DNA from: an uncultured bacterium
GTDB taxonomy: Bacteria > Bacillota_I > Bacilli_A > RFN20 > CAG-826
Length of the DNA: 64,000 bases
Assembly: GCA_949297445.1 (NCBI GenBank)
Contig: CASFSS010000018.1
Span: forward strand, 291,884-355,883
Direction: 5' to 3'
Positions 29,696 to 40,757 of this stretch are shown piece by piece (within the stretch, counting starts at the first letter, position 1; each line of letters starts with the position of its first letter). A program made the translations under genes and the position numbers. The notes below the pieces were generated by a model. It was given only the letters and a program-made list of their open reading frames with translations. It had not been told where the DNA came from and did no database searches.

Positions 29696-30015
29696 TTAAA
29701 AAAGAAACGGTTAATCGTCTACTTGCCTTTCGTGACGAACGCGATTGGAAACAGTTTCATAGCGGGGAGAATCTTGCAAAAAGTCTCGTTATTGAAGCTG
29801 CGGAATTGCTTGAACTATATCAATGGGGTGAGCATGTTTCCAATATTGAGCACCTCAAAGAAGAACTGGCGGATGTTTTTAGCTATGCCATTTTGTTAGC
29901 CGAACATTATAAATTCGATGTCGACGCAATTTTAAATGAAAAAATTACTAAAAACGAGATTAAATATCCAAAAGATTTAGTCAAAGGTTCAGCAAAAAAG
30001 TACGACGAATATTAG
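29692..30015 (+). CDS. MazG-like nucleotide pyrophosphohydrolase (small, single-domain)
   Basis: RDWKQFH...EAAELLELYQW pattern of the MazG/YpjD family. GTG start overlaps the malQ stop; SD AAGGTGG upstream. Confidence 0.6.
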   Translation: MIKKETVNRLLAFRDERDWKQFHSGENLAKSLVIEAAELLELYQWGEHVSNIEHLKEELADVFSYAILLAEHYKFDVDAILNEKITKNEIKYPKDLVKGSAKKYDEY

Positions 30016-30998
30016 TCTTCGCTGTCGAATTTATTTTTGTTGATGCGCGAAACAATTTTCGGCACGAATATAAGTATCTTTCTTGATAAATAATTCCAAA
30101 TCATTACTATCAGTGTTTTTATTCCAAAGAATAAAGTGAACCAAATAAAAGTGATAAAGGACCAATCGTTAGTAAAGATGCCATCCATCCAATGATTTAT
30201 ATCAACTTGTAAACAATTAAGGCCGATTGCATTGAATCCTTCCATTATCAATATGCCGATTATTAAGCCAATCAAACTATAAACGATAAAGGCAATAATT
30301 GTTTTTGGTGACTTCTTTTGAAACGATTTTTCAACATCTTTATATACCCAAAAAACCGAGAGCAAGTAATTTACAATTACGCCAGCAATAAAGCCAAGTG
30401 TTGTACAAATGGCCGTTTCTATCCACGAAGAAGCATCACTTAAGCCACCAAAGGCCAACCAACCCATTAAGGAATAAATACCATAATCAACAACGGTGGC
30501 GACAACTCCAACAACTAGAAATCTTATTATTTCACCAGTTAATTTCTTTTTTGGCGGAATAAAATAAGCATTAGTGAGCCTAACTATTAAATCATCAGAG
30601 AGCCTTTCATCGCGCACAACAATGTCGTAATTTAATGCATCAATTTTTTCTTTATCTTGCTTATCGTCAACCAGTATCAAATCGGCGTAGCGAATTAGAC
30701 GCATGAACAATAAATTATTAATCCAACGCATAAATTTGCTCTTTTTCTTTGCTAAATTAAAAATTTTTGAAACTAATAAAATGGTTGGAATGTTTAATCG
30801 TCGTGCCTTTTTTATATATTTAAAAGAAGCAAGGGATAATTCATCACTAACAAAAATGGGTAAATTATTTTCAGCAAATTCGATTGCATCTTTTTGATAT
30901 ATCTTCTCTTTATTTTGTGGTTTAAAGAAAATCATAAGATAAATATAGCGCAAAAATGTTATGATTTTAAAGATGGAAGCAATTTTGTTTAAACACAA
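30012..30998 (-). CDS. GtrA-family membrane protein fused to an N-terminal cytoplasmic domain of unknown function
   Basis: C-terminal half carries the GtrA signature (IIRFLVVGVVATVVDYGIY) plus 4 TM. The start may be the internal Met at 30935. Confidence 0.5.
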   Translation of the reverse strand: MCLNKIASIFKIITFLRYIYLMIFFKPQNKEKIYQKDAIEFAENNLPIFVSDELSLASFKYIKKARRLNIPTILLVSKIFNLAKKKSKFMRWINNLLFMRLIRYADLILVDDKQDKEKIDALNYDIVVRDERLSDDLIVRLTNAYFIPPKKKLTGEIIRFLVVGVVATVVDYGIYSLMGWLAFGGLSDASSWIETAICTTLGFIAGVIVNYLLSVFWVYKDVEKSFQKKSPKTIIAFIVYSLIGLIIGILIMEGFNAIGLNCLQVDINHWMDGIFTNDWSFITFIWFTLFFGIKTLIVMIWNYLSRKILIFVPKIVSRINKNKFDSED

Positions 30999-31560
30999 AT
31001 TATACGAAATAATTGAGACGCTTGCTGAAAATGAACATGAAATTACTCAATTGGTTAAAAGAAAAAATAGACATTTTGTCATCAAAGCTTTTAAAAATAT
31101 TGATGCTTTTTATAAACATTTAGAAACATACCATGTTTTTAAAAAAGCTGGCATACATATACCAAAACTTTTAAGGAAAGATAAAAAAGCCTATATGCTT
31201 CTTTTTCCTTATATGAACGGTGATTATATTTCCGATTTGTTGCTAAATGGCGATTTGGACGATAAATATTTTAAGGAATTATTTGACATGAACGCTTTTA
31301 TGAAAGCGGCAGGTATCGAATTAGATTTCCATCCTGATAATTTTATGTACTATGATAAAACCCTCTACTATATGTCCGATAAATATTCTAAATTGAGCAA
31401 TAAAAATGTTTTGGTAGAAGATGGAATTCATTTTTGGGTGCCATCAAAAGAAGGAATCCAATATTTAAAAACAATTGATCCAACTTACACAAAGACACCT
31501 TTGTCTAGCGCAGAACTAAACAAAATGATTGTTCTTTTATCAATTAAGTATTGGTGGTAA
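30961..31560 (+). CDS. Hypothetical protein, possibly kinase-like fold
   Basis: ORF only. A weak DFHPDNF motif is reminiscent of kinase catalytic loops. Its 5' end overlaps the divergent GtrA ORF, so the start is uncertain. Confidence 0.3.
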   Translation: MILKMEAILFKHKLYEIIETLAENEHEITQLVKRKNRHFVIKAFKNIDAFYKHLETYHVFKKAGIHIPKLLRKDKKAYMLLFPYMNGDYISDLLLNGDLDDKYFKELFDMNAFMKAAGIELDFHPDNFMYYDKTLYYMSDKYSKLSNKNVLVEDGIHFWVPSKEGIQYLKTIDPTYTKTPLSSAELNKMIVLLSIKYWW

Positions 31561-31570
31561 AATTTTCAGC

Positions 31571-32476
31571 ATGAAAGATAACGCTATATTATTTGCTTTA
31601 AGTTCCAATCAAACTCTAGCTAAAAAGGTTTCTAATTTAGCGAAAATAAAATTAGGCAAAGTAAAGATTGAACATTTCGCCGATGGCGAAATTTTGGCTA
31701 GAACCTTAGAAAACGTATCAGGCAAACGCTGTTTTGTAATTCAATCAACCAACTCACCAGCCAGTCAACATATTTTTGAATTGCTCGTTTTTATTGATTC
31801 ATTAAAAACTAATGGTGCCAAAGAAATTGTTTTGGTAATGCCATATTATGGCTATTCAAGGCAAGATCGTGTAGCGCGCCCCGGCGAGCCGATTACCGCA
31901 AAGATGGTCGCCTCGTTATATCAAGCTGTTGGTGCTGATTCAATCATAAGCGTTGATTTGCATACACCTCAAATTCAAGGTTTCTTTTCCTGCCCGGTCA
32001 AAGAGATATCTACCACCGAATTATTTGCAGATTACTTTAATGAAAAGTTTGAAAAAGAAGGTATTGCTACTAGCGATGTCGTCGTCGTGGCGCCTGATCA
32101 TGGTTCCGCTTTGCGCGCTAGAGATTTAGGATCGATGTTTGATGGTGCTTCCATTGCGTTTATCGATAAGCGTCGACCAGCACCAAATAAGAGCGAAGTA
32201 ATCAATTTGGTTGGCAATGTTCGCGATAAAGTATGTATTATTATCGATGATATTATTGACACCGGTATGACAGTTAATAACGCTGCTAGCACAATTCACG
32301 CTTACGGCGCTAAAGATATTTTTGTTTGTGCAAGTCATGCCATTTTATCTGAAAATTCTTTCTTGCCGATTATCCATGAAGTTGTTGTTACGGATACCGT
32401 CGAGAAAAACTTACCTAATATAAAGGTTTTATCAATTGCTCCATTGATTGCCAAAGCAATAGAAGAGATGCTTTAA
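31571..32476 (+). CDS. prs: Ribose-phosphate pyrophosphokinase
   Basis: Full-length PRPP synthetase sequence starting at MKDNAILF (the ORF track's N-terminus is spurious); contains the Prs regulatory-site motif (SRQDRVARPG). Confidence 0.9.
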   Translation: MKDNAILFALSSNQTLAKKVSNLAKIKLGKVKIEHFADGEILARTLENVSGKRCFVIQSTNSPASQHIFELLVFIDSLKTNGAKEIVLVMPYYGYSRQDRVARPGEPITAKMVASLYQAVGADSIISVDLHTPQIQGFFSCPVKEISTTELFADYFNEKFEKEGIATSDVVVVAPDHGSALRARDLGSMFDGASIAFIDKRRPAPNKSEVINLVGNVRDKVCIIIDDIIDTGMTVNNAASTIHAYGAKDIFVCASHAILSENSFLPIIHEVVVTDTVEKNLPNIKVLSIAPLIAKAIEEML

Positions 32477-32483
32477 ATATACG

Positions 32484-32523
32484 ATAGTGTTTACCTTGAC
32501 TAACCACTATTCAAAACAAGGAT
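32484..32523 (+). ncRNA. Candidate preQ1-I riboswitch controlling queT
   Basis: P1 stem AUAGUG/CACUAU (32484-89 / 32505-10) and loop UUUACCUUGACUAAC. The A-rich tail UUCAAAACAAGG has CAAGG pairing with loop CCUUG, giving pseudoknot P2 that sequesters the SD. ATG follows at 32524. The tail closely resembles the T. tengcongensis preQ1 aptamer tail (AACAAAACAAGG). Confidence 0.55.
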
Positions 32524-33030
32524 ATGAACGAAAAAGAATTAACTAAATCAATAATTATAAATGCCTTAATTGCCGCGATATATTGTGTGCTAACTATTGC
32601 GACAAGTTCCATTTCATATTTAGGCATGCAAATTAGACTCGCTGAAGCGTTAATATTACTATGTTTCTTTCGACGAGATTTGATCATTGGCCTAACGCTA
32701 GGTTGCTTTTTAGCTAATATTAATTCCCCATTATTGCCGTGGGATTTGATTTTTGGGACTGCCGCTACTTTATTGAGTTGCTTATTAATTATATTCATGA
32801 AGCAACTATTTGTGGCCTCATTAATACCCGTTATACTAAATGGATTTATCGTCGGCGCCGAATTGTATTTTATCCTACAAGAACCATTTTGGTTAAATGT
32901 CGGTTTGGTTGCTTTAGGAGAATTTATCGCAGTTAGTGTTTTTGGGTATATAATATTTATGATTTTAGGAAGAAATAAAAATTTCTTAGCCCTTATTGGC
33001 GCAACCCAAAACACACAGTTCAAGTGGTAG
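32524..33030 (+). CDS. queT: Queuosine-precursor transporter QueT (ECF-type S component)
   Basis: 168-aa 5-TM protein of QueT size and pattern, downstream of a preQ1-like aptamer and upstream of tgt/queA/queH. Confidence 0.65.
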   Translation: MNEKELTKSIIINALIAAIYCVLTIATSSISYLGMQIRLAEALILLCFFRRDLIIGLTLGCFLANINSPLLPWDLIFGTAATLLSCLLIIFMKQLFVASLIPVILNGFIVGAELYFILQEPFWLNVGLVALGEFIAVSVFGYIIFMILGRNKNFLALIGATQNTQFKW

Positions 33031-33047
33031 GAGGTAAAGAAAAGAAA

Positions 33048-34621
<1,574 letters not shown>

Positions 34622-34622
34622 A

Positions 34623-35654
34623 ATGGACATTGATTTATTTGATTTTGAGTTGCCAAAAGAATTAATTGCGCAGGAACCTATTTCAGAGCGTTCTTCCTCG
34701 CGTCTTTTACTAGTGAACAAACGCTCAAAAACTTATCAAGATAAAATTTTTAAAGACATTGTTGATTATTTAAAACCAGGTGATGTCTTGGTTCGAAACA
34801 ACACAAAAGTTTTGCCGGTCCGCCTATTTGGAACAAAAGTCGATACCGGTGCTCGCGTTGAAATTCTTCTATTAAAAAATTGTCATGATAACATTTGGGA
34901 ATGTTTAGTTGGCAATGCTAAAGTGGTAAAAAATAATACTGTCATTTCTTTTGCTCATTCATCAATGACGGCAAAATGTATTGAGAAAAAGGAGGAAGGT
35001 ATTTGCCTTTTTGAATTTTCCTATGTTGGATTATTTTTAGAGGAATTAGAGAAAATAGGTGAAATGCCATTACCGCCTTATATCCATAAAAAATTGACCA
35101 ATTCGGATCGATATCAAACGGTATATGCTTCTATTATTGGTAGTGCTGCTGCGCCAACGGCTGGTTTTCATTTTACCCAAGAACTTTTTGATCAATTGAC
35201 AAAGAAAGGCGTGGAAATTCTTGATATTACATTGCACATTGGGCTAGGCACATTCAAGCCGGTTAAGGAATCGACCATTGAAGATCACCAAATGCATAGT
35301 GAATATTATGAAATATCTGAGGAAGTTGCCAATAAATTAAATGCGGCCAAAAAAGAGAAGAGGCGCATTATAGCTGTCGGTACGACTTCGACGCGTACAT
35401 TAGAAGCTAACTATAAAAAATATGGGTGTTTCAAGGCTGCGTGTGAGAATACTAACATATTTATTTATCCAGGTTATTCCTTTTCAGCAATCGATGCTTT
35501 GATCACCAATTTTCATTTACCAAAATCAACTTTAATTATGCTTGTTTCTGCATTTATGGGTATTGATTTGACAATGAAGGCGTATCGTCACGCAATTAAA
35601 GAAAAATATCGTTTCTTTAGTTTTGGAGATGCCATGTTTATATATGATGAATAA
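34623..35654 (+). CDS. queA: S-adenosylmethionine:tRNA ribosyltransferase-isomerase
   Basis: Starts at MDIDLFDFELPKELIAQEP 1 nt after the tgt stop. The ORF track's upstream extension overlaps tgt and is spurious. Confidence 0.9.
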   Translation: MDIDLFDFELPKELIAQEPISERSSSRLLLVNKRSKTYQDKIFKDIVDYLKPGDVLVRNNTKVLPVRLFGTKVDTGARVEILLLKNCHDNIWECLVGNAKVVKNNTVISFAHSSMTAKCIEKKEEGICLFEFSYVGLFLEELEKIGEMPLPPYIHKKLTNSDRYQTVYASIIGSAAAPTAGFHFTQELFDQLTKKGVEILDITLHIGLGTFKPVKESTIEDHQMHSEYYEISEEVANKLNAAKKEKRRIIAVGTTSTRTLEANYKKYGCFKAACENTNIFIYPGYSFSAIDALITNFHLPKSTLIMLVSAFMGIDLTMKAYRHAIKEKYRFFSFGDAMFIYDE

Positions 35655-36285
35655 GGTCAATTATTATTTAAAATCTGAAGAAATTATTGGTGATTTACCG
35701 CAAAAAGCGGCAAAACCAAAACTTTTATTGCACGCTTGTTGCGCCCCATGTTCAACTTTTCCGTTAACATATTTATGTCCTCATTTCGATGTGACGATTT
35801 ACTATCAAAATTCAAATATTTATCCAGAGGAAGAATATAATAAACGACTTAACGAGCTCAAAAGATTTCTGCATGATTTTGAGCTTAAAAACAATTATCA
35901 TGTAGAGCTTATTATTCCTCTATATGATGAAAAACAATACTATGCATTTTTAGAAAAGTATAAAGATTATCCAGAAGGCAGTCTCCGTTGTTTTGCTTGC
36001 TATGAAAAGCGCATGGAAGAAGCTTATAAGTATGCACAAATTAATCAATTCGATTATTTCACGACAACATTGTCAGTTTCCCGCTTTAAAAACTCGCAAA
36101 AAATAAACGAAATAGGCGCAAAACTTGAGAACAAATTTTTGCCAACTAAATATTTTTATAGTGACTTTAAAAAGAAAGATGGTAATCTTGTAGTAGAAAA
36201 AATGAAAAAAGAATATTCCTTGTATCAGCAACAATATTGCGGCTGCCGTTTCTCATATAGTGAATATTTAAAAAGACATAAATGA
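35644..36285 (+). CDS. queH: Epoxyqueuosine reductase QueH (DUF208)
   Basis: Conserved HACCAPCS motif plus downstream Cys residues (CFACY, CGC). Overlaps the queA stop. Confidence 0.75.
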   Translation: MMNKVNYYLKSEEIIGDLPQKAAKPKLLLHACCAPCSTFPLTYLCPHFDVTIYYQNSNIYPEEEYNKRLNELKRFLHDFELKNNYHVELIIPLYDEKQYYAFLEKYKDYPEGSLRCFACYEKRMEEAYKYAQINQFDYFTTTLSVSRFKNSQKINEIGAKLENKFLPTKYFYSDFKKKDGNLVVEKMKKEYSLYQQQYCGCRFSYSEYLKRHK

Positions 36286-37601
36286 AAAAGATAGGTCAAT
36301 TTTTATTTAGGATGTGGGTAAAGGTGACAGGTTTTCTGCCATTTTTTATTTGGCTTCGACTTAAAAAATATCATTTAAATAAATATGATAAAGAAAAACT
36401 GCTGAAGGGTAATGCTATTATAATATCTAACCATAATTCAACGGCAGATTTTTTCATTTTGCTCATGGCATTTTGGTATCGATACGTTCATGTTTTAATT
36501 GGTGAACAGTTATATCGAAAAAAGTCCTGGGGTAACATGTTGGATTTGTTAGGGGCTTTACCCGTTTATCGCACTCGCCACGATTTATCATTCATGGGCG
36601 AGGCCATTTCTGTCTTAAAAAAAGGCGGTGTGGTCGGTATTTTTCCCGAAGGTCGTTTTAATCATGGTGGCCAGTTAAATAATTTTGAGCCATCTGCTAT
36701 TTATTTAGCGTTAAAAAGTGGCGCGCCAATTTTACCTATCTACATTGAAAATAATGCTGGAACAAGCAAAAGGTCACGTGTAATTGTTGGACAAAAAATA
36801 TATGTTTCTGAGTTATTGACATCAAATAATCCAAGTAAGGGAGAAGTTTTAGATGCCGCTAGTATGTTGCAAGCGAAAGTTCTTGAGTTAAAAAAGCAAT
36901 TACACTTGTACAAGACATATCATCTTTATGAAACATTTCGTTTTCGCTGGTTTTTACTTGATTTAATAAAGGTGGCTTTTTTTCCACTAAACTGGTTTGT
37001 TTTTCCGACAAAATTTCACTATATTGACGGTGCTTCAAAAAAGGAAAGGCGAATAAAAGGGCGCGCCATTTTGCTTTCTAACCATAAGTCATTATATGAC
37101 CCGCCATTATTGATGGTTCATTATATTTCACGCCGGATTCATTCAGTTGTTGCAAGCGATGTATCGGATAAAAAACCATGGTTTTTCGATGCAGTAGGAT
37201 GTATCGTTTATCATCGCTACGAAGATAAGGGAGATGCTAAATGTTTTATTTCAATTATCAATCATCTACGGTCAAATGCAGTTGTCAATATTTATCCTGA
37301 AGGCCACATTAATAAGACTGATAAGTTGGACAAATTTCAAGATGGAGGGGCTTATTTTTCCTTCATGAGCGAAGCACCAGTATATTTTTACTACATGCGC
37401 CAGGAAAATAAACCATTTCATTTGAACCACGTTTACATTTTACCACATATTAATCCTTTGGATTATTTTAGTAGTGCTGAGCTAAAGAAGAAGGAAAATG
37501 TCCCATTATTTACGAAGATAATTGAAGATAAATTCCATTACCTGGAGCATATCGCTGAAGAAGATCTCAAAAATCGAAAAAAGCAAAAAAAGCAAAAATA
37601 G
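36282..37601 (+). CDS. Tandem-domain 1-acyl-sn-glycerol-3-phosphate acyltransferase-like protein (two PlsC/LPLAT domains)
   Basis: Two HX4D motifs (SNHNSTADF at about aa 50 and SNHKSLYDP at about aa 265), each followed by an FPEG/YPEG motif. Start ATG overlaps the queH TGA. Confidence 0.65.
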   Translation: MKKIGQFLFRMWVKVTGFLPFFIWLRLKKYHLNKYDKEKLLKGNAIIISNHNSTADFFILLMAFWYRYVHVLIGEQLYRKKSWGNMLDLLGALPVYRTRHDLSFMGEAISVLKKGGVVGIFPEGRFNHGGQLNNFEPSAIYLALKSGAPILPIYIENNAGTSKRSRVIVGQKIYVSELLTSNNPSKGEVLDAASMLQAKVLELKKQLHLYKTYHLYETFRFRWFLLDLIKVAFFPLNWFVFPTKFHYIDGASKKERRIKGRAILLSNHKSLYDPPLLMVHYISRRIHSVVASDVSDKKPWFFDAVGCIVYHRYEDKGDAKCFISIINHLRSNAVVNIYPEGHINKTDKLDKFQDGGAYFSFMSEAPVYFYYMRQENKPFHLNHVYILPHINPLDYFSSAELKKKENVPLFTKIIEDKFHYLEHIAEEDLKNRKKQKKQK

Positions 37602-37637
37602 TTTTCAAATATTTGAAAGCGTTTTCTTTTAAAAAAA

Positions 37638-37660
37638 TACACGATTCAATCGTATTTTTT
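37638..37660 (+). terminator. Weak terminator (acgat-tca-atcgt then a T-tract) after the acyltransferase gene
   Basis: Short stem but a long U-tract (tttttt aattttt). Confidence 0.35.
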
Positions 37661-37824
37661 AATTTTTGTTGTTGCGTTATATATTATATAAGTGTATCCT
37701 TATAAACGTTAGCGCTCATTGCGGCATGCGAGGTTGCTGATACACAAGCAGGCGTTGTCATGAATCTCGTATCAGGTAATTCGTGTGCTAAGAGGCTAAA
37801 AGTCTGAGAGAAAGGAAGAAATTC
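37661..37824 (+). promoter_or_regulatory. Promoter region and structured, GC-enriched 5' leader of the S10 ribosomal operon
   Basis: AT-rich -35/-10-like elements (ttgcgt ... tatattatataag). Then a leader with nested helices (ctgatac...gtatcag enclosing acaa...ttgt) ending in SD GAAAGGAAG before the rpsJ ATG. Confidence 0.35.
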
Positions 37825-38136
37825 ATGGCGAAAGTAAAAACTATTAGAGTCCGTCTTCAAGCTTACGATTATAAAATTCTTGATTTGAGCGTTGAAAAAA
37901 TCTTAGCGACGGCAAAGAAAACCGGGGCTGGTGTGGTTGGTCCCGTTCCGCTACCAACGGAAAAACAGGTTTATACAATTCTCCGCGCTGTTCACAAATA
38001 TAAAGATAGTCGCGAACAATTCGAAATCCGTACCCACAAGCGTTTAATCGATATCACCAATCCGACCAAAGAAACTGTTGATATGCTGCGTAAGTTAGAT
38101 TTGCCAAGCGGTGTCGATATCGATATCAAGTTATAA
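37825..38136 (+). CDS. rpsJ: 30S ribosomal protein S10
   Basis: Recognisable S10 sequence; strong SD upstream. Confidence 0.95.
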   Translation: MAKVKTIRVRLQAYDYKILDLSVEKILATAKKTGAGVVGPVPLPTEKQVYTILRAVHKYKDSREQFEIRTHKRLIDITNPTKETVDMLRKLDLPSGVDIDIKL

Positions 38137-38152
38137 AGGGAGGCTTTAAGTT

Positions 38153-38884
38153 ATGAAATCTATCATCGGAAGAAAAATGGGCATGACTGAAGTCTTTGCA
38201 AAAGACGGCACAATGTATGCTGTTACTGTAGTGGAAGTCCTCCCCAATTATGTCTTACAGGTTAAGACAAAGGAAAGTGACGGTTATGAAGCGTTACAGG
38301 TTGGCTTTGAACCTAAGAAAGAAAGCCGTGTTAACTCTCCATTACGTGGTCATTTCAAAAAGGCTAATGTGCAACCAACACAAGTTATCGCCGAAATCAA
38401 AGGTGACGAATTGATGAATTATAAAGTTGGTGACGCAATTAAGGCTGATTTGTTTGCTGCTGGTGAAATTATCGATGTCATCGGCGTCAGCAAGGGTAAA
38501 GGTTATTCGGGAACCATCAAGCGTTACGGTCACAAAATTGGTCCAAAAGGTCATGGTTCGGGTTATCATCGCGGTCAAGGTAGTTTTGCCAATAATGGTC
38601 GTTGCAATAACCGTGTATTGCCGGGCAAAAAGATGAGTGGCCATCACGGCAACAAGAGTGCCACTGTTCTCAATTTGACTGTTGTCGAAGTGAATGCCGA
38701 AAAGAATTATATTCTTGTTAAAGGTGCCATTCCTGGTCCGCGAAAAGGCATTGTTACCCTTCGAAGCGCCATTAAAACATTGAAGAATCCCTTGGCAACC
38801 ATTAAGGAATTGGTTAATTATCAACCAAAGGCCGAACCAAAAGTTGAAGAATCTGCAGCCGATGCTGCTACGAAAGGAGAATAA
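38153..38884 (+). CDS. rplC: 50S ribosomal protein L3 (with a short acidic/Ala-rich C-terminal tail)
   Basis: L3 sequence; SD AGGGAGG upstream. Confidence 0.95.
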   Translation: MKSIIGRKMGMTEVFAKDGTMYAVTVVEVLPNYVLQVKTKESDGYEALQVGFEPKKESRVNSPLRGHFKKANVQPTQVIAEIKGDELMNYKVGDAIKADLFAAGEIIDVIGVSKGKGYSGTIKRYGHKIGPKGHGSGYHRGQGSFANNGRCNNRVLPGKKMSGHHGNKSATVLNLTVVEVNAEKNYILVKGAIPGPRKGIVTLRSAIKTLKNPLATIKELVNYQPKAEPKVEESAADAATKGE

Positions 38885-38886
38885 CG

Positions 38887-39531
38887 ATGGCTGAAACTAA
38901 AAATATTTCATTGCCGGTATACGATTTAAAGGGCGAAAAAGTTTCGACTGTCTCTCTTTCTAAAGCAGTTTTCGGTGTTGAAGAAAATAGACAAGTCATT
39001 CACGATGCTGTCTTAGTTTATCAAGCTAATTTGCGACAAGATACCGCCAAAACAAAAAAGCGTTCAGAAGTGAGTGGTGGCGGTAAAAAACCTTGGTCGC
39101 AAAAAGGCACTGGTCGTGCTAGAGCCGGTAGTTCCCGTTCACCAATTTGGGTTGGCGGTGGAACCGTTTTTGGGCCAACAGGTGTTCAAAATCACACTCT
39201 CAAACAAAACCGCAAAGAACATAAATTAGCCTTGAAAGGTTGCTATAGTTCAATGGCTAAAGATGGCTTAATTGTCATCGACAACTGGGCGGTTGAAGGC
39301 ATTAAAACTAAAGAATTGAATCAAGCTTTAATTGCCCTAAAAGCAACTGACAAAACATTAATCGTCTTAGGCGGCGAAGAAGATAACGACAATTTAATTC
39401 TTTCCGCGCGCAATATACCTAATGTTATTGTAACGCGTGCAGATAATGTGTCTGTTTATGATCTTTTATACTTCGATCACCTCGTTGTTAGCAAAAAGAC
39501 GATTAAAGAAATTGAGGAGGCGCTAAAGTAA
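38887..39531 (+). CDS. rplD: 50S ribosomal protein L4
   Basis: L4 sequence; SD AAGGAGA upstream. Confidence 0.95.
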   Translation: MAETKNISLPVYDLKGEKVSTVSLSKAVFGVEENRQVIHDAVLVYQANLRQDTAKTKKRSEVSGGGKKPWSQKGTGRARAGSSRSPIWVGGGTVFGPTGVQNHTLKQNRKEHKLALKGCYSSMAKDGLIVIDNWAVEGIKTKELNQALIALKATDKTLIVLGGEEDNDNLILSARNIPNVIVTRADNVSVYDLLYFDHLVVSKKTIKEIEEALK

Positions 39532-39532
39532 G

Positions 39533-39874
39533 ATGGCTAGAGCAAAAAAAGTTGTTGAAGCCCAAAAAACCGTCGGTAAGGCTTCCATTCATGATTACGA
39601 TTTGATTATCAAACCCATCATCACTGAAAAGACAATGGATTTGATGCAAAACCGCAATAAAGTTACGGTCAAAGTTCCTAAGACCGCCAATCGTGCCGAG
39701 ATTAAATTAGCTTTCGAAAAAGTCTTCGGCGTCGAAGTGGTAGACGTTAACATCATTAATGTCAAGGCAAAGCGTACCAGACGCGGTGGCCGCTATGAAG
39801 GCAAAATATCTGGCTTCAAGAAAGCGATCGTGCAAATCAAAGAAGGAGAAGCGCTCGATCTATTCAAAGAGTAA
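39533..39874 (+). CDS. rplW: 50S ribosomal protein L23 (N-terminally extended)
   Basis: L23 core sequence; SD GAGGAGG upstream. Confidence 0.9.
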   Translation: MARAKKVVEAQKTVGKASIHDYDLIIKPIITEKTMDLMQNRNKVTVKVPKTANRAEIKLAFEKVFGVEVVDVNIINVKAKRTRRGGRYEGKISGFKKAIVQIKEGEALDLFKE

Positions 39875-39906
39875 ATTTACTCGGTTAAATATTATAGGAG
39901 GTATAT

Positions 39907-40740
39907 ATGTCAATAAGAACATACCGTCCAACGTCACCTTCGCGTCGCAATATGACAAACTTGACGTTTGACGAAATAACCAAAAGCACTCCTGAAAAAC
40001 GTCTAACTGTCAATTTAAGTAAAAGCGGTGGACGAAATAACCAAGGTGTTATCACTACAAGACATATCGGTGGTGGTCATAAACGTAAATATCGCTTGGT
40101 TGACTTCAGGAGAAACAAAGACGGCATTCCTGCCACAGTTCAAGCGATTGAATATGATCCTAACCGCAATGCCAACATCGTCCTTCTAAGTTATGTCGAT
40201 GGAGAAAAGCGATATATTATCGCTCCAAAAGACTTAAATGTTGGTGAAAAGGTTATAAGTGGTGAAAATGTCGATATTAAGATTGGTAACTGTTTACCAC
40301 TTAAAAATATTCCAGAAGGTACTGTTGTCCACAATGTAGAATTACAGCCAGGCCGCGGAGGACAAATGTGCCGAGCAGCTGGAACTAGCGCGCAAGTGCT
40401 TGGTAAAGAAGGAAAATATGTCATTCTTCGTTTAGCTAGTTCGGAAGTGCGCAAAGTGCTCGATACCTGCCGGGCAACAATCGGCGAGGTTGGTAATGAA
40501 GATTATATCTTAGTTAATCGCGGCAAAGCTGGTAAAACGCGTTGGTTAGGTACTAGACCTACCGTCCGTGGATCGGTCATGAATCCGAACGATCACCCAC
40601 ATGGTGGTGGTGAAGGTAAATCACCGGTTGGTCGAGATGCTCCTAGAACCCCGTGGGGTAAACGTGCTCTCGGTGTCAAGACCAGAAAGAATAAAAAAGC
40701 TAGTTCTCGTCTCATTGTTAGACGTAGAAACGCTAAATAG
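39907..40740 (+). CDS. rplB: 50S ribosomal protein L2
   Basis: L2 sequence; SD TAGGAGG upstream. Confidence 0.95.
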   Translation: MSIRTYRPTSPSRRNMTNLTFDEITKSTPEKRLTVNLSKSGGRNNQGVITTRHIGGGHKRKYRLVDFRRNKDGIPATVQAIEYDPNRNANIVLLSYVDGEKRYIIAPKDLNVGEKVISGENVDIKIGNCLPLKNIPEGTVVHNVELQPGRGGQMCRAAGTSAQVLGKEGKYVILRLASSEVRKVLDTCRATIGEVGNEDYILVNRGKAGKTRWLGTRPTVRGSVMNPNDHPHGGGEGKSPVGRDAPRTPWGKRALGVKTRKNKKASSRLIVRRRNAK

Positions 40741-40757
40741 GAAAGGAGATAGTTTAA

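Noticed and set aside
37604-37617. Perfect 14-bp AT palindrome TTCAAATATTTGAA after the acyltransferase gene
   Set aside because: It is composed only of A/T in an AT-rich genome and likely occurs by chance; no paired regulator gene is nearby. The start codon of the acyltransferase gene (36282) is not near it.
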